Both the position numbers and the translations under genes were made by a program. Positions 37,101 through 46,225 of a stretch of DNA of 58,558 bases are shown here, in pieces. Positions within the stretch are counted from its first letter, which is position 1; every line of letters starts with the position of its first letter. Under the pieces are notes generated by a model. That model was not told the DNA's origin and ran no database searches. It saw only the letters and a list, made by a program, of their open reading frames with translations. The DNA is from a virus (lineage: Duplodnaviria > Caudoviricetes). Location of the stretch: the IMG/VR virus record IMGVR_UViG_3300036770_003861, positions 1 through 58,558 of that record; one strand, 5' to 3'.

Positions 37101-40100
37101 ACGCGGCGCGGATCCAACAGTCATCCCGCCACCCATAACAGACCCGGCCAAATCCATGGCGCGCTGAATACCAATTTCGCTGGTGGGATCCACCTCGCCC
37201 GCATAGACATCGCGCGGTAACGCCATGCCGCCCACAACAGACTTGGCGACCTGAACAGGCCAAATCTTCCCGAGAGCCTGACCGACGTCACGCATGCGAG
37301 CGGCCCGATCAAGCCTATCGGCGTAAGCAATAGCATCATTAAGCTGCGCGTTTTGCTCGCCTTCCGAGATAGGGAAGCCGCCATCCGCCATCACCTGCCG
37401 CCCAACCTCGGGCAAGTAGTGCGTGGGATACCGGTCTTGGATCAGGCGCAGGGCGTGATCGACAGAACTATCGGTGCGCATATCGACAAGGCCTCCGTCA
37501 GATTTGGTTATATCCGGCACTTCCGGATCAAACGTGCCCACGTTGCCCGTGGCCGACTTCACTTGCTCCGGTCGAAGCACGATATATTCTTCCTGACCAG
37601 CGGGGAGTGCTCGGTTGATTACGCTATCGTAGCCATCAGCAATTAACTGCTCGCGGCCCTCTGGAGAAATTGCAAACGGAAATCCAGAACCGTACTTTTG
37701 TTCTGAAAAACCTTTTTCAACTATCAGCGGGCTCTTCATGCTTGCCCAAAGCGGCATTACGTTCGTACCTGACACATACTCGCCGGGGGTGCCGACGCTA
37801 TGCGACGCAGGGAGATAGTTCGGGTTTGCACTCAACCATATTGCCGGACCGCTGGGATGAGGGTTTGGGCCGCCGGGGATGAACTCAGAAAAGTCCCCCT
37901 TCGTGATATGATAAAACTTGAGTAAATCGCCCTCGTCATTAACAGTTTTCGTGCCTTGCAAAAACTTCCCAAGATTGATGTCGCGCTCTAAAGGATCGGA
38001 AATATATTCTTTTGCGCCTGACCGATTTGTCATTGCAGAGCGAGCCGATTTTAAGGCCTTTTGGATAATCTTGCCTCCGCCCGCGAAACCCTGCTCATCT
38101 ACGAACTTCATGAGAGCGTCAGAGCGGCTTGGCTCATCGCCATATTCTTCAATACGTCCGATGCCCATTTTGCGGATGCGATCGACCACGCTTCCGGGGA
38201 TGTCTGCCGGAACAACCGCTCCGGAGAACTCGCTCAGGGGGACTGCTCGTTGCGGTTTCGCCTCAAAGTATTCTGTCGGCATGTTGCGAAGATGGCTGAG
38301 AAAGCTTCTGGCTTCAGCAAGCTGCTCAACGGGCAAATCATTGTAATGATAGGCAAACTCAGATGGACGCCTCGTGCGTGCAAAGTCGGTCATGAGCTCA
38401 GGGAAGACAGCCCACGAGCGATCGTATGAGCCTTTTTTGAAGTATGGCTCAAATCTCTCGCGGAGATCCTCAAGCATCTTGTTCGAGGCTTCTTTCTCGA
38501 CTTTAAATTCGTCGGGCGAAATGATCTTTTCGCGCGCCTCTTGAATATCACCCAGACTTTTGAACTGCGGCGTCACTTGAGCACGGATGGACGAGGGACC
38601 GTAGTTGAAGCTCTCCCCGCCACGGACGTTACCCTTCATCTCCCGCAGGACGTTCTCCATAGTGACTGGCGCGTACTTGCGCTTGCCGCCCGGAGTAAAC
38701 CCCCGGAAGATCTTGTCATCCTCAATAGACGGAAAGCGCGGGGAGTAAACGTCAGAGCCAAAAACAGGAACATTACGGCTGGGCGTCACCAGCTCAGGGG
38801 GCGCAACCAAAGAAATGTCGCCGTAGCCGCTAAACCCCTGAGACGGCTTGGTGATGGCAACGCTGGGGGCTGGGATACCACCCAATCTTTCGATCATGTC
38901 GAGCTTGCGCGTAGATCCAGTGTTATGGACGCCCATGAGAAGCTCTTCAGGAGCAAGAGCCTTACGGGCTGCGGCAATCGCCTTCGCGACAATTCCCCCT
39001 TTATTGAAGTCTTCACGCTCCTCAACGGGGCCACCGTCCTCACGATTGCGCCGGAACATGATCGACGCCGCGCCCACGTCGGACGGCTCAATATCAAAGC
39101 GGGGGCCGAGCGTGTCGCCCACGTACTCGCGCAGCTCGCGCGGCGTGAACCCCTTCTGGTAGCGGGCGCTGTCGCCCTCGCCGATGATAAGAGACATGGG
39201 CTCCGGCCCGGGCTCGCCGCGTGCGCTCATGACGTCACGGCCTCGCGTCGAGATCACGCCCCCGCCGCCCGGCTCGACAACGCGGCCCATGTTGAACAGC
39301 GCGGCCTCGCGAGCCTCCGGGTCAAGGACGTTGAGCACGTTCAGGTTGATGAGCCTGCGGTAGGCCTCGTCGGGGATGTCTTCGGGCTTGGTGAATGTCG
39401 GCGTCCAGCCCTGCGGATAGGGCTCGAACGTGTCGGCCCCAATGGCGCGCAGCCCGTGCCCCCGGCCCGCGCCGTAGTCAATTGCGCGGCCCTCGATGCC
39501 GGCGCGCTCGAGGTGGCGCAGGGCCTTCTCGTAGGACGGCCCGGTCGTGGCGATCTGGGTCAGGCGGGAGTTCTCAACGGGCGGAAGGCCGCGGATGGCC
39601 TCGAGAGCCTTGCGGACAATTCCCCCCTTGTTGAAACCCTCCGGCTGTTCAGCAGGGTTTTGCCCGTCCTGCATCTGAGAAGCAGTCGCGCCAAGCCCAA
39701 CGGCCGCCGGCATCATGGTGAACAGCGGCAGCCCCTGATTGATCTTCTCACGCATCTCGGGCGTGATGTTGAAGGAGGGGAACTCCATGGGGCGCGTGCG
39801 ATACTCTTCGAACAACTGTTCGCGGCGTTGCGGGTCAAGGGATCTCCACCACTCAGAACGCTGCGCCTCGTCCATCGCGCGCGTCTCCGGCAGGGCATTC
39901 ATGATGTCATCGCCGCTGGCTCCGACATTACCGCGAGCGAAGGAAACATTCCCAAACTGCGGCGTCTCGCCAATGTCCTTCAGCACCTTGCTGATCTGCG
40001 TCGGAAGGATCTTGTCGTAGTAGCCTTTCATGCCCTCGCCGCCGACTGCAAGGTTTTCGCCAGAAAGAAACCGGACACCATTTTCTTCCGGAAACCCTGT

Positions 40101-41417
40101 TGCCGAAATTTTGCTGCCATCGTTCTTTAAGATACGTTCAGCAAGCTCCTGCCCAACGACAGTATGAAGTTTATTTTTAGAAACATAATGCTGATCTAAC
40201 ACCGCTCCTGTTGGCCCATGAGCAGAAAGTCCAATTTCGTCGCCATCTCGCCAATAGGCCAATTCATCAATATTCTTTGACAGGTCAAACCGCTTCGCCT
40301 GCTCCGCGCCCGGCGTCCACGCAATCGCGTCGTAGTTGCCGCGCGCGGCCTCGATCATGGCCTTCTTCAGCGCGAGGTTGGTCCAGCCCGGCGTGCTTTC
40401 GACGTATGGCCCAGTGGGAGGGCCAACCTTCATGCGCTCCTGCTGGGCGTAGATCTCATCGAGACGCTGCTGGACGTCTTTCCCGCCCTCGAGCTGCTGA
40501 CCCAAGGGCAAACGACGCAAACTTTCCGCCTCGGCCTGTAGGGCCTGATACTCAGGAGAGCCCGTGCCCCCGAAGCCCGACTTGCGACCTGCCTGCGCCC
40601 AATCGCTCTGCAGCTCCTCGAGGTGCAGCACGCGGCGCGGTTTGCCGGCCGCCTCGACGATGGAGAGGTTCTTCTGCATGCCCTCGGGCATGCGCGCGAG
40701 GTACGCGGCCGCCTCCTCTTGCGTGCCAAACGTCTCGGACTTGTTGCCTGAGAGGTTGTTGCGGACGACAAATCCTTGCGTGGGAGCTTCGCGCTCCTTC
40801 ATACGCAAATGGGCAAGAACGTCCGGCTCATCCCAGTGAGACGACTGAAATGTCGGCGCGTCTTTGAGCTCGACGGACATGCGGCCCTGAAGGCCACCGA
40901 GCTCGCGGGCGAGGTCCCGCGTCTCGTCTTTCAAAGCAGCGAAACGGTTGTCGTCCGCGCCGGACTTGTAGAGGTCGAGGATCTCCGCCTGATTTTTGGC
41001 GATCTGCGCCTCAAGCTCCGCCATCCTGTCCGTATACTTGTTGCGAACCAGAGGCTCGCGGAAGCTGGGGGCGGTCAGCAGCGTCTCGCGGTAATTCTCG
41101 CCGCCGGGGAAAGTGTATTGCTCGAACTTGCTCTCAGGGTCGACCTTCTCCTCAAGCTTCAACTGGTTCTTGTTGAGGTAGTCGGTGATCTCGTCACGCG
41201 TGACGCTCTTCTTGTCCTTTACCCAGTCGTCGAAGCCGGTCCACTTCAGTTCTTCAGGCTTCGCGCCCTGCTTCAGCAGCATCGAGCGCATCTGCTCGCC
41301 CGTGCCCTTGGCCTGAGGAAGCTTCGCAGCCTCCTCCGCGGCCTTCGAGTAGAACCCGAGCGGGTTCAGCTTCCGGACTACATCAAGGGCCCCCTCGACC
41401 AGCTTCTTCTTGGACAT
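34173..41417 (-). CDS. Large polyvalent protein (EELQSDW domain, SAM methyltransferase, ART-like domains, LPD23-like + HExxH metallopeptidase)
   Basis: IDYGAGRG/NVLNVL/YQKGF; YHITKGDF...EEYIVLRPEQVKSATGN.GTFD; WFQGADKQWRFEVPD; LHELQHAVQ...GEVEAR; directly downstream of the portal. Confidence 0.8.
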   Translation of the reverse strand: MSKKKLVEGALDVVRKLNPLGFYSKAAEEAAKLPQAKGTGEQMRSMLLKQGAKPEELKWTGFDDWVKDKKSVTRDEITDYLNKNQLKLEEKVDPESKFEQYTFPGGENYRETLLTAPSFREPLVRNKYTDRMAELEAQIAKNQAEILDLYKSGADDNRFAALKDETRDLARELGGLQGRMSVELKDAPTFQSSHWDEPDVLAHLRMKEREAPTQGFVVRNNLSGNKSETFGTQEEAAAYLARMPEGMQKNLSIVEAAGKPRRVLHLEELQSDWAQAGRKSGFGGTGSPEYQALQAEAESLRRLPLGQQLEGGKDVQQRLDEIYAQQERMKVGPPTGPYVESTPGWTNLALKKAMIEAARGNYDAIAWTPGAEQAKRFDLSKNIDELAYWRDGDEIGLSAHGPTGAVLDQHYVSKNKLHTVVGQELAERILKNDGSKISATGFPEENGVRFLSGENLAVGGEGMKGYYDKILPTQISKVLKDIGETPQFGNVSFARGNVGASGDDIMNALPETRAMDEAQRSEWWRSLDPQRREQLFEEYRTRPMEFPSFNITPEMREKINQGLPLFTMMPAAVGLGATASQMQDGQNPAEQPEGFNKGGIVRKALEAIRGLPPVENSRLTQIATTGPSYEKALRHLERAGIEGRAIDYGAGRGHGLRAIGADTFEPYPQGWTPTFTKPEDIPDEAYRRLINLNVLNVLDPEAREAALFNMGRVVEPGGGGVISTRGRDVMSARGEPGPEPMSLIIGEGDSARYQKGFTPRELREYVGDTLGPRFDIEPSDVGAASIMFRRNREDGGPVEEREDFNKGGIVAKAIAAARKALAPEELLMGVHNTGSTRKLDMIERLGGIPAPSVAITKPSQGFSGYGDISLVAPPELVTPSRNVPVFGSDVYSPRFPSIEDDKIFRGFTPGGKRKYAPVTMENVLREMKGNVRGGESFNYGPSSIRAQVTPQFKSLGDIQEAREKIISPDEFKVEKEASNKMLEDLRERFEPYFKKGSYDRSWAVFPELMTDFARTRRPSEFAYHYNDLPVEQLAEARSFLSHLRNMPTEYFEAKPQRAVPLSEFSGAVVPADIPGSVVDRIRKMGIGRIEEYGDEPSRSDALMKFVDEQGFAGGGKIIQKALKSARSAMTNRSGAKEYISDPLERDINLGKFLQGTKTVNDEGDLLKFYHITKGDFSEFIPGGPNPHPSGPAIWLSANPNYLPASHSVGTPGEYVSGTNVMPLWASMKSPLIVEKGFSEQKYGSGFPFAISPEGREQLIADGYDSVINRALPAGQEEYIVLRPEQVKSATGNVGTFDPEVPDITKSDGGLVDMRTDSSVDHALRLIQDRYPTHYLPEVGRQVMADGGFPISEGEQNAQLNDAIAYADRLDRAARMRDVGQALGKIWPVQVAKSVVGGMALPRDVYAGEVDPTSEIGIQRAMDLAGSVMGGGMTVGSAPRGSIGMFLGPSAKTADLQALEVARDMAKQGATRDEIYDATKWFQGADKQWRFEVPDTAASMRPGYIEKSTVGEAIDHPELFKAYPQLSDVEFYASPLKRTKVQGGWSGNPNVKDTFPTLEIGQYAKDPRSTALHELQHAVQTMENFAPGGNTFVLKPGTPAWDIYQERLAAMRTPVPLETYAAVAGFGDDLEAARKSYPSYLKAVKKPSAIANKSAQEYAVESAYKRSAGEVEARNVQTRDKSGYDKKPWETQDVSDEMQIVRERSKEKDGGAVEDALHVVRGMYADGGEPEEYVSPQARRRETIASIQPDAPEFTPEERGRMFRQAVENYQRFPARAKEAELRAYEMTPREQIGRAIVGEGGERAPGGQFRANVARALVGNTGLEGSGMGFGAADLPMVTGIPLMLSDIAGSIGKGNYGQAALEAALPAAFYARKPLMVAGRAAYDAGRRAVDVAGDVLGRVPAPVAAGAAGAAAMTPEEAEAGKADIVKRGLEAARRSVFTPEPRAMTLKEVRRVFDPQAGAGMAPEDVERLVNAYGKVASPASSDPELAGWGQKIAQSYITKGGSSFGGRSYFGHKPSVPLEDLGRAAEPIPYTHQPKPIVEKSWEDVGRERAGSPVISLGGDLSDLARLRGYGPAGDLRALAWPTDIHAGFDYMREPNLHSVWSNNPEHAAQLKKAVLGQKDIQRAVKKDLPVMAVANPMGPASIDSSKNMMDLYLSAVEGGAIPTANLEKATQIIRSGAFGDSPKAKEALRTKLANFPGFEDMGKARAFLLDNPDIVGTTRAAIIKGLERADWVKQGFPEVGQLRAAATNRKFMMAPGNMMGGRMVELDPRLFHQAEANRYFDHFTYGGDTPGKYYADVPLIHRQYGAPDATDMLLAKYNQVRPGATKSAPPKAPMTVHPFSTDQVGRDTWRKLFEEQRMVQEINDRMMESIKRGEKLRPLYGFKRGGDVSHRALMAAKELASSPRETTNP

Positions 41418-41421
41418 CAAC

Positions 41422-43782
41422 TCACTCCGTCAGGGGCGGCTCGTTGCTTTGCAGGCGACGCAGCATCTCCGGGTCCAGCATGCCTTCAATGATCGGCAGG
41501 CCGGCGGGGTTCTTCGCGATGTCCTGCGCCAAGCGCACCGCGGCGAGCCTCTCGCGGCTCTCGCGTTCGCGCTCGCGGTTCTGGCTGTCGATGCCGAGCT
41601 CCTGACGCTTCATGGCCATCTCAAGCTCCATCGCCTGAGCGTCCATCGCCGCCGCCTCCTGCTTCATGGCCATCTCACGGCCCTTCATCTCGATCTCGGC
41701 CATCTTCACCGGGTCGATCGGCTGGCCTTCAGCGCCGGCCCCGCCCAGCTCCGCCATGGTCTTCTGGACGTCAGCCTGAGCCCGCGCCTGATCGGACTGG
41801 GCCCTGAGCATGTCGGCGTCGGCCTTCTGCTTCTCGACGCCCATCTTCGCCTTGGCGTACTGGACCTCGGGCGGATCCTTCTGCGACAGGGCCGAGGGCG
41901 GCACCATGAACTGCTGCGGGTTGCTCCAGCCCATGGCCTGCAGCGCCGCGCTGTCGATCGCGATCGGGTCGTACAGCGCCGGGCTCGCCTGCTGGAGTTG
42001 CTTCAGGCCCATGATCTTCATCATGCGCTGCGTCTGGCTCGCCGTGTTCGGGTCCGCCTGCGGGACCAGATCGCAGTCGTTGATGGCACGTAGGAACGTT
42101 TCTTCATCCCACGGGTACGAGGGCTTGCTCTGGCACCGCCAGAAGCTCTCGGGGTTGTCCTTGAAGCAACGGACGAGAAGCTTGAACTCCTCGGCCTGCG
42201 CCGAGTGCATGCGCTTGTGGACGCTGTTCAGCACCTTCATGGCCTGATCAATGAGCGCCAGCGTCGTGCCCACGGGCGCATCGGCCCGGCCCTCGCCGAC
42301 GGCGATCTCGGCCGTGCCCCCGACGCGCTGGCCGGTCTCAACCATGTTGCTGATCAGGTTCATCATGGCCTGCCCCGGCTCCTTGTAGGGCAAGGGCATG
42401 ATGGCCTGACTGATCGGCATGCCGCCGGTCTTCACAAGCGCCCCGCCGCCCGGGGGCACCCGGAAGATGTTGGTGTTTTGGCGTGCGCCTGTGTCTGCCA
42501 TCAGGAAGCCGGGGAAGTTGGCGAACATCCCCGCGTCGAGCATTTCGCGCCATCCAGCCGTCGCCGCGTTCGTCGTGTTGCCCAGAATGTGAAGCAGCCC
42601 GATGTCGTAGAAGCCGAAGCCGGGCACAAACTGATACTTGACGAAATTGGTGCGAGCCTCGGGCAGCTCGCGCTTGTCTTCGGTCTCGTCATAGTTACGC
42701 ACGATGGACAGGATCTCGCGCGACGAGACGTCGATCGTGACGCGGTAGGGTATCTCGAGCCCCGTCTCCTTGCCCTTCCAGCGGTGCTCAAAGCCGGCGA
42801 TGTTCAGCTCGCAGTAGCACTCGTAGATCTCGCGGTCCCGGTCGTCCGGGTTCATCGAGTTGTCGATGACGCCCTGCACCGCACGCTCGGCGCGCTGCTG
42901 CGCGTCGAGGTCGGGCTGCTTGGGCTGCATCAGGTCGACGTCGCGGTAGACGCCCAGAAGCTGCAAGCGCCTCACTGTGGAGGGCCGCAGGAACGTGCGG
43001 TGCGTGACGCGCTTGGCGTTGCGCAGGTCGGTCGCGCTGTTGTTGACGATGAGGTCGCTCGCGTCGACCGTCTCACTCACCGGACGGTTGCGCAGGGGGC
43101 AGTAGTAGACCTTCTTGAAGGCCGTGCCGCCGAACCCGAGCATCAGCAGCATGCGGTCGGTGTCCGGGTAATACTCGGACGCGACGCTGGTCAGGTAATG
43201 ATTGAGGTCGCGCTCCAGCGCCCGCGCGAGCTGGTCCTGCTGGAGGTCGGCGTTGTTGTTGTCGTTGCGGATCTTCACCGGGCCGTCGGTCGGCAGCAGC
43301 TCGCTGCGGGCGTTGGCCTGAAAACGCAGCACGGCCTCGAGCAGCAGCGGGTGACGGACCTTGCTCATGCCCTCGACCGGCGCGCCGTCGGCGGTGCCCT
43401 GCGTGCCCGGGATGTCGACCTTGAGGCCGAGCAGGTTGATGCCCGTCGCCCGGTCCTCGATCCACTCCTTGCGGCTCTGGAGGTCGTCGTCGATGCCCCG
43501 CAGCAGCGTGTCCGAGATCCGGTAGAGCTCGCCCTGATCTATGTCGTCGACGAGGTTGTCGAACCAACCGCCCGGCCCCCGGCCCTCGCGCTCGTTGAGC
43601 GGCTTGCCGTCGAGGCTGACCGTGATCGAGCCGTCGTCGTGCTCGATGCGGAGGATGTTCCCGTCGGGGTCGACGTCAGGCACGTCCTCGCCGGCCTCAA
43701 TGATCACTTCCGGAAGCTCCACCTCTGGTTGCGGGAGACCGGGGAGGCGAATATTCGGATTTACGAGGCCGGGTGTCGGCAT
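41422..43782 (-). CDS. Portal protein
   Basis: SRKEW, HPLLLEAVLRFQA..RSELLP..GPVK, GTAFKKVY, PGFGFY..GL.H, APVGTTLAL. Confidence 0.9.
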   Translation of the reverse strand: MPTPGLVNPNIRLPGLPQPEVELPEVIIEAGEDVPDVDPDGNILRIEHDDGSITVSLDGKPLNEREGRGPGGWFDNLVDDIDQGELYRISDTLLRGIDDDLQSRKEWIEDRATGINLLGLKVDIPGTQGTADGAPVEGMSKVRHPLLLEAVLRFQANARSELLPTDGPVKIRNDNNNADLQQDQLARALERDLNHYLTSVASEYYPDTDRMLLMLGFGGTAFKKVYYCPLRNRPVSETVDASDLIVNNSATDLRNAKRVTHRTFLRPSTVRRLQLLGVYRDVDLMQPKQPDLDAQQRAERAVQGVIDNSMNPDDRDREIYECYCELNIAGFEHRWKGKETGLEIPYRVTIDVSSREILSIVRNYDETEDKRELPEARTNFVKYQFVPGFGFYDIGLLHILGNTTNAATAGWREMLDAGMFANFPGFLMADTGARQNTNIFRVPPGGGALVKTGGMPISQAIMPLPYKEPGQAMMNLISNMVETGQRVGGTAEIAVGEGRADAPVGTTLALIDQAMKVLNSVHKRMHSAQAEEFKLLVRCFKDNPESFWRCQSKPSYPWDEETFLRAINDCDLVPQADPNTASQTQRMMKIMGLKQLQQASPALYDPIAIDSAALQAMGWSNPQQFMVPPSALSQKDPPEVQYAKAKMGVEKQKADADMLRAQSDQARAQADVQKTMAELGGAGAEGQPIDPVKMAEIEMKGREMAMKQEAAAMDAQAMELEMAMKRQELGIDSQNRERERESRERLAAVRLAQDIAKNPAGLPIIEGMLDPEMLRRLQSNEPPLTE

Positions 43783-43784
43783 GA

Positions 43785-44000
43785 TCAGCCCTTTTCGGAC
43801 AACAAACGCTCAATGTCCTCGACGAATAGCCGGAGACCCTCTTGTGCCGCCATAGTATCAGACCGCGCGCTCAACGTATAGATGCGCACATAATCATGGG
43901 GCTCGTCGCCGAATACCTCAACTCGGAAGCGCCCGAGACGGGTCTGCGTGGGCGCTTCCTCGACGTCGACAATAGATCTGGCCAGTATTCTTCTGCTCAT
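43785..44000 (-). CDS. Hypothetical protein
   Basis: MSRRILARSIVDV...; translationally coupled. Confidence 0.55.
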   Translation of the reverse strand: MSRRILARSIVDVEEAPTQTRLGRFRVEVFGDEPHDYVRIYTLSARSDTMAAQEGLRLFVEDIERLLSEKG

Positions 44001-44164
44001 AGCTTGCCGTATTTCTTTTCGATTTCTTCCATTGTCGGGGCCTTCGACGGGGGCAAAGTGATCTTTTTCTTGGTCCCCTCCCGACACGCTGCGGCCGCGG
44101 CGAATATGTTTCGCAGCCGTATGTCTTCCTTACGCAAGACCTTTTTGTCTTTCAATGAGAACAT
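43997..44164 (-). CDS. 55-aa hypothetical protein
   Basis: GAGGG RBS; ATGA overlap with the next gene (MFSLKDKKVL...). Confidence 0.4.
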   Translation of the reverse strand: MFSLKDKKVLRKEDIRLRNIFAAAAACREGTKKKITLPPSKAPTMEEIEKKYGKL

Positions 44165-44176
44165 TCTGGGCCCTCG

Positions 44177-44578
44177 TCAGTACCTATGCCAAGCGGCTGT
44201 GGGCCTGCGCGGCGACATGGACGCGGACAGGTAGGCCCTGCCGCAGGCCTTGGCCCGGGCGATGGCCTTGTCGGGGTAGGAGCGGGCAATGTGGGCGATC
44301 GAGCCCAGCTCCTCGACGCGGCGGATGATGCCGTTGAGGTCCGTCATGTCGCCCGTGGCCTCCCACGCGATCTCCCGCATGATCGAGGAGACGTTCTTGA
44401 CGGTGCGGCGCACGCCCTCGAGCGTGTCGTCGCAGGCGGACGCAGCGATGAGCCTCTCCTGCGTCTTCTCGGGCACTGCGCGCGGCATGAGCGCCTTGAA
44501 GGCCCGGATCAAAGTCTCGAGCGCAATGACCAGCTCAATCTGAGCCATCTCGCGATTTGTAACCGTATCGTTTACCAT
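44177..44578 (-). CDS. Hypothetical protein
   Basis: AAGGGG RBS; 133-aa ORF between terL and portal. Confidence 0.6.
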   Translation of the reverse strand: MVNDTVTNREMAQIELVIALETLIRAFKALMPRAVPEKTQERLIAASACDDTLEGVRRTVKNVSSIMREIAWEATGDMTDLNGIIRRVEELGSIAHIARSYPDKAIARAKACGRAYLSASMSPRRPTAAWHRY

Positions 44579-44590
44579 TGTGTTCCCCTT

Positions 44591-46225
44591 CTACGCTGGA
44601 TAGAGCGGATCCGGGGCAGCGCCCCGGTGCCGCATTTGCTCTGACAAGTCAGCCATTCGCTCGGCGGAGCGGGTCAGCAGGCCGAGCTCTCTCAGGTGCC
44701 GAAGCGCCTGAGACGTCGTGTCGACAAGGTCGTCGTGTTTCCCTTTTGGAAACACTTCGCACTGTCGGATCACCTTGTCCGCCCACTGGCGGTCGGGCGC
44801 GTAGATCATGCCCTCGCTGAACAGGTGCTGGACGCTGTACAGGCGGGCGAGCTTGTCCATCGCGCCCGGGTTGATCAACTGAACCGCCCAGTCCTCGTGC
44901 CCGTATAACCGCCTCAGCTCTTGGCTGACGCTGATCCCGGACGCCTTGCTTTCGATCAGGAGCTTGTCGACGCGCAGGCGGCGGCAGCTCTCGGCGACCT
45001 TGTGGACGAGGTCCGGCAGCTCCAGCCGCTCGGTCCACGCGCCCATGAGCATGACCCTCGGCGCGCCCTCCACGTAGACGCGCTCGACGCCCGTGAGCCC
45101 TTCGCGGCCGGCGACGCGCGTCGCCTGCGCCACGGACGTGTCCGACGTGAACACGCCCCAGACGGTGAGCGCGGACGGGTCGTTCTCTTGTTTCGTCGTG
45201 TAGGCCGTGTCGAGGCTGGCAACGATGAGGTCCATGGGCGGGTAGCTGTCGTGCTCCCACGGCTGCCACCAGTCGACCTTGATGACGCCGCCGCCCCTTG
45301 GCGTCGGCTGCTGCTGGAACTGGCCGGCGGCCGCGTAGGGCCCCATGGCGCGCTCGTCGCGATCGACGACGTCCTCGGGGAAGCGGGCCGGGAACAGCAG
45401 CTCCCCGTCCTCTCTGCGCGGATCCTCGATGCCCAGCGCCGTGATGCAGTGGCGCAGGGGGTCGTAGCGCATAGGCAGGCAGATGTGGTCGTAGCCGAGC
45501 TTCTTGTCGAGGATGACGCCGGAGACGTCTTCCTCGTGCAGGCGCTGCATGATGACGACGATGGCGCTCTTGATCGGGTCGTTGAGGCGCGTCGGGATGG
45601 CCTCGAGGAAGGTCGTGACCTCCGTCTCGCGCTGGGCCTCGGACGAGGCGCTGTCGACTGAGTGCGGATCGTCGATCAGCACGCGGTCGCCGCGGATGCC
45701 GGTGAGCGACGTGATGGCGGTGGCGATCCGGAACCCGCCGACGTTGTTGTGGAAGTTCAGCTTCTCGTTCTGGTCCTTGGCGAGCGAGACGCGGTCGCCC
45801 CACCGCTTCTGATACCAGTCGGACGTGATGAGCTGGCGCATGCGCCGGCTGTCTCGGGCGGACAGGTTCTCGACCTTGTGGGCCGCGCAGACGTAGCGCA
45901 TGTGGGGCATGTTCTGCGGGCCCCACTCCCACGACGGCCAGAACACGTTGAGGATGAGGCTCTTCATCGTGCCGGGCGGCACGTTGGCGAGCAGGCGGTT
46001 GTACGGCCGGCCGTCTATCTCGACGCCGTACGTGATGGCCTCGAGGTGTTCGCAGACGAAGTCGACGTGCCAGCCGTGAATGTACTCCGAGCCGGGCTCG
46101 ATGACGTGCCACGCCTGCCGAATGAACTCGGCGAGGCTCTCCTCACACTCCGCGCGGGAGATGTCGAGAAGCTGCTCGTCGATGTCGATAGGTCTCCCGT
46201 CGATGTTGATGATGGCGGCGGTCAT
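44591..46225 (-). CDS. terL: Terminase large subunit
   Basis: NVPPGTMKS Walker A, VLIDDPH Walker B, MQRLH, nuclease SLDTA...IESKASG...KHDDLVD. Confidence 0.93.
   Translation of the reverse strand: MTAAIINIDGRPIDIDEQLLDISRAECEESLAEFIRQAWHVIEPGSEYIHGWHVDFVCEHLEAITYGVEIDGRPYNRLLANVPPGTMKSLILNVFWPSWEWGPQNMPHMRYVCAAHKVENLSARDSRRMRQLITSDWYQKRWGDRVSLAKDQNEKLNFHNNVGGFRIATAITSLTGIRGDRVLIDDPHSVDSASSEAQRETEVTTFLEAIPTRLNDPIKSAIVVIMQRLHEEDVSGVILDKKLGYDHICLPMRYDPLRHCITALGIEDPRREDGELLFPARFPEDVVDRDERAMGPYAAAGQFQQQPTPRGGGVIKVDWWQPWEHDSYPPMDLIVASLDTAYTTKQENDPSALTVWGVFTSDTSVAQATRVAGREGLTGVERVYVEGAPRVMLMGAWTERLELPDLVHKVAESCRRLRVDKLLIESKASGISVSQELRRLYGHEDWAVQLINPGAMDKLARLYSVQHLFSEGMIYAPDRQWADKVIRQCEVFPKGKHDDLVDTTSQALRHLRELGLLTRSAERMADLSEQMRHRGAAPDPLYPA

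Noticed and set aside
38541-43881. Long plus-strand ORFs (529 aa, 558 aa and similar elsewhere)
   Set aside because: Antisense shadows of GC-rich genuine genes; no RBS or recognisable motifs.
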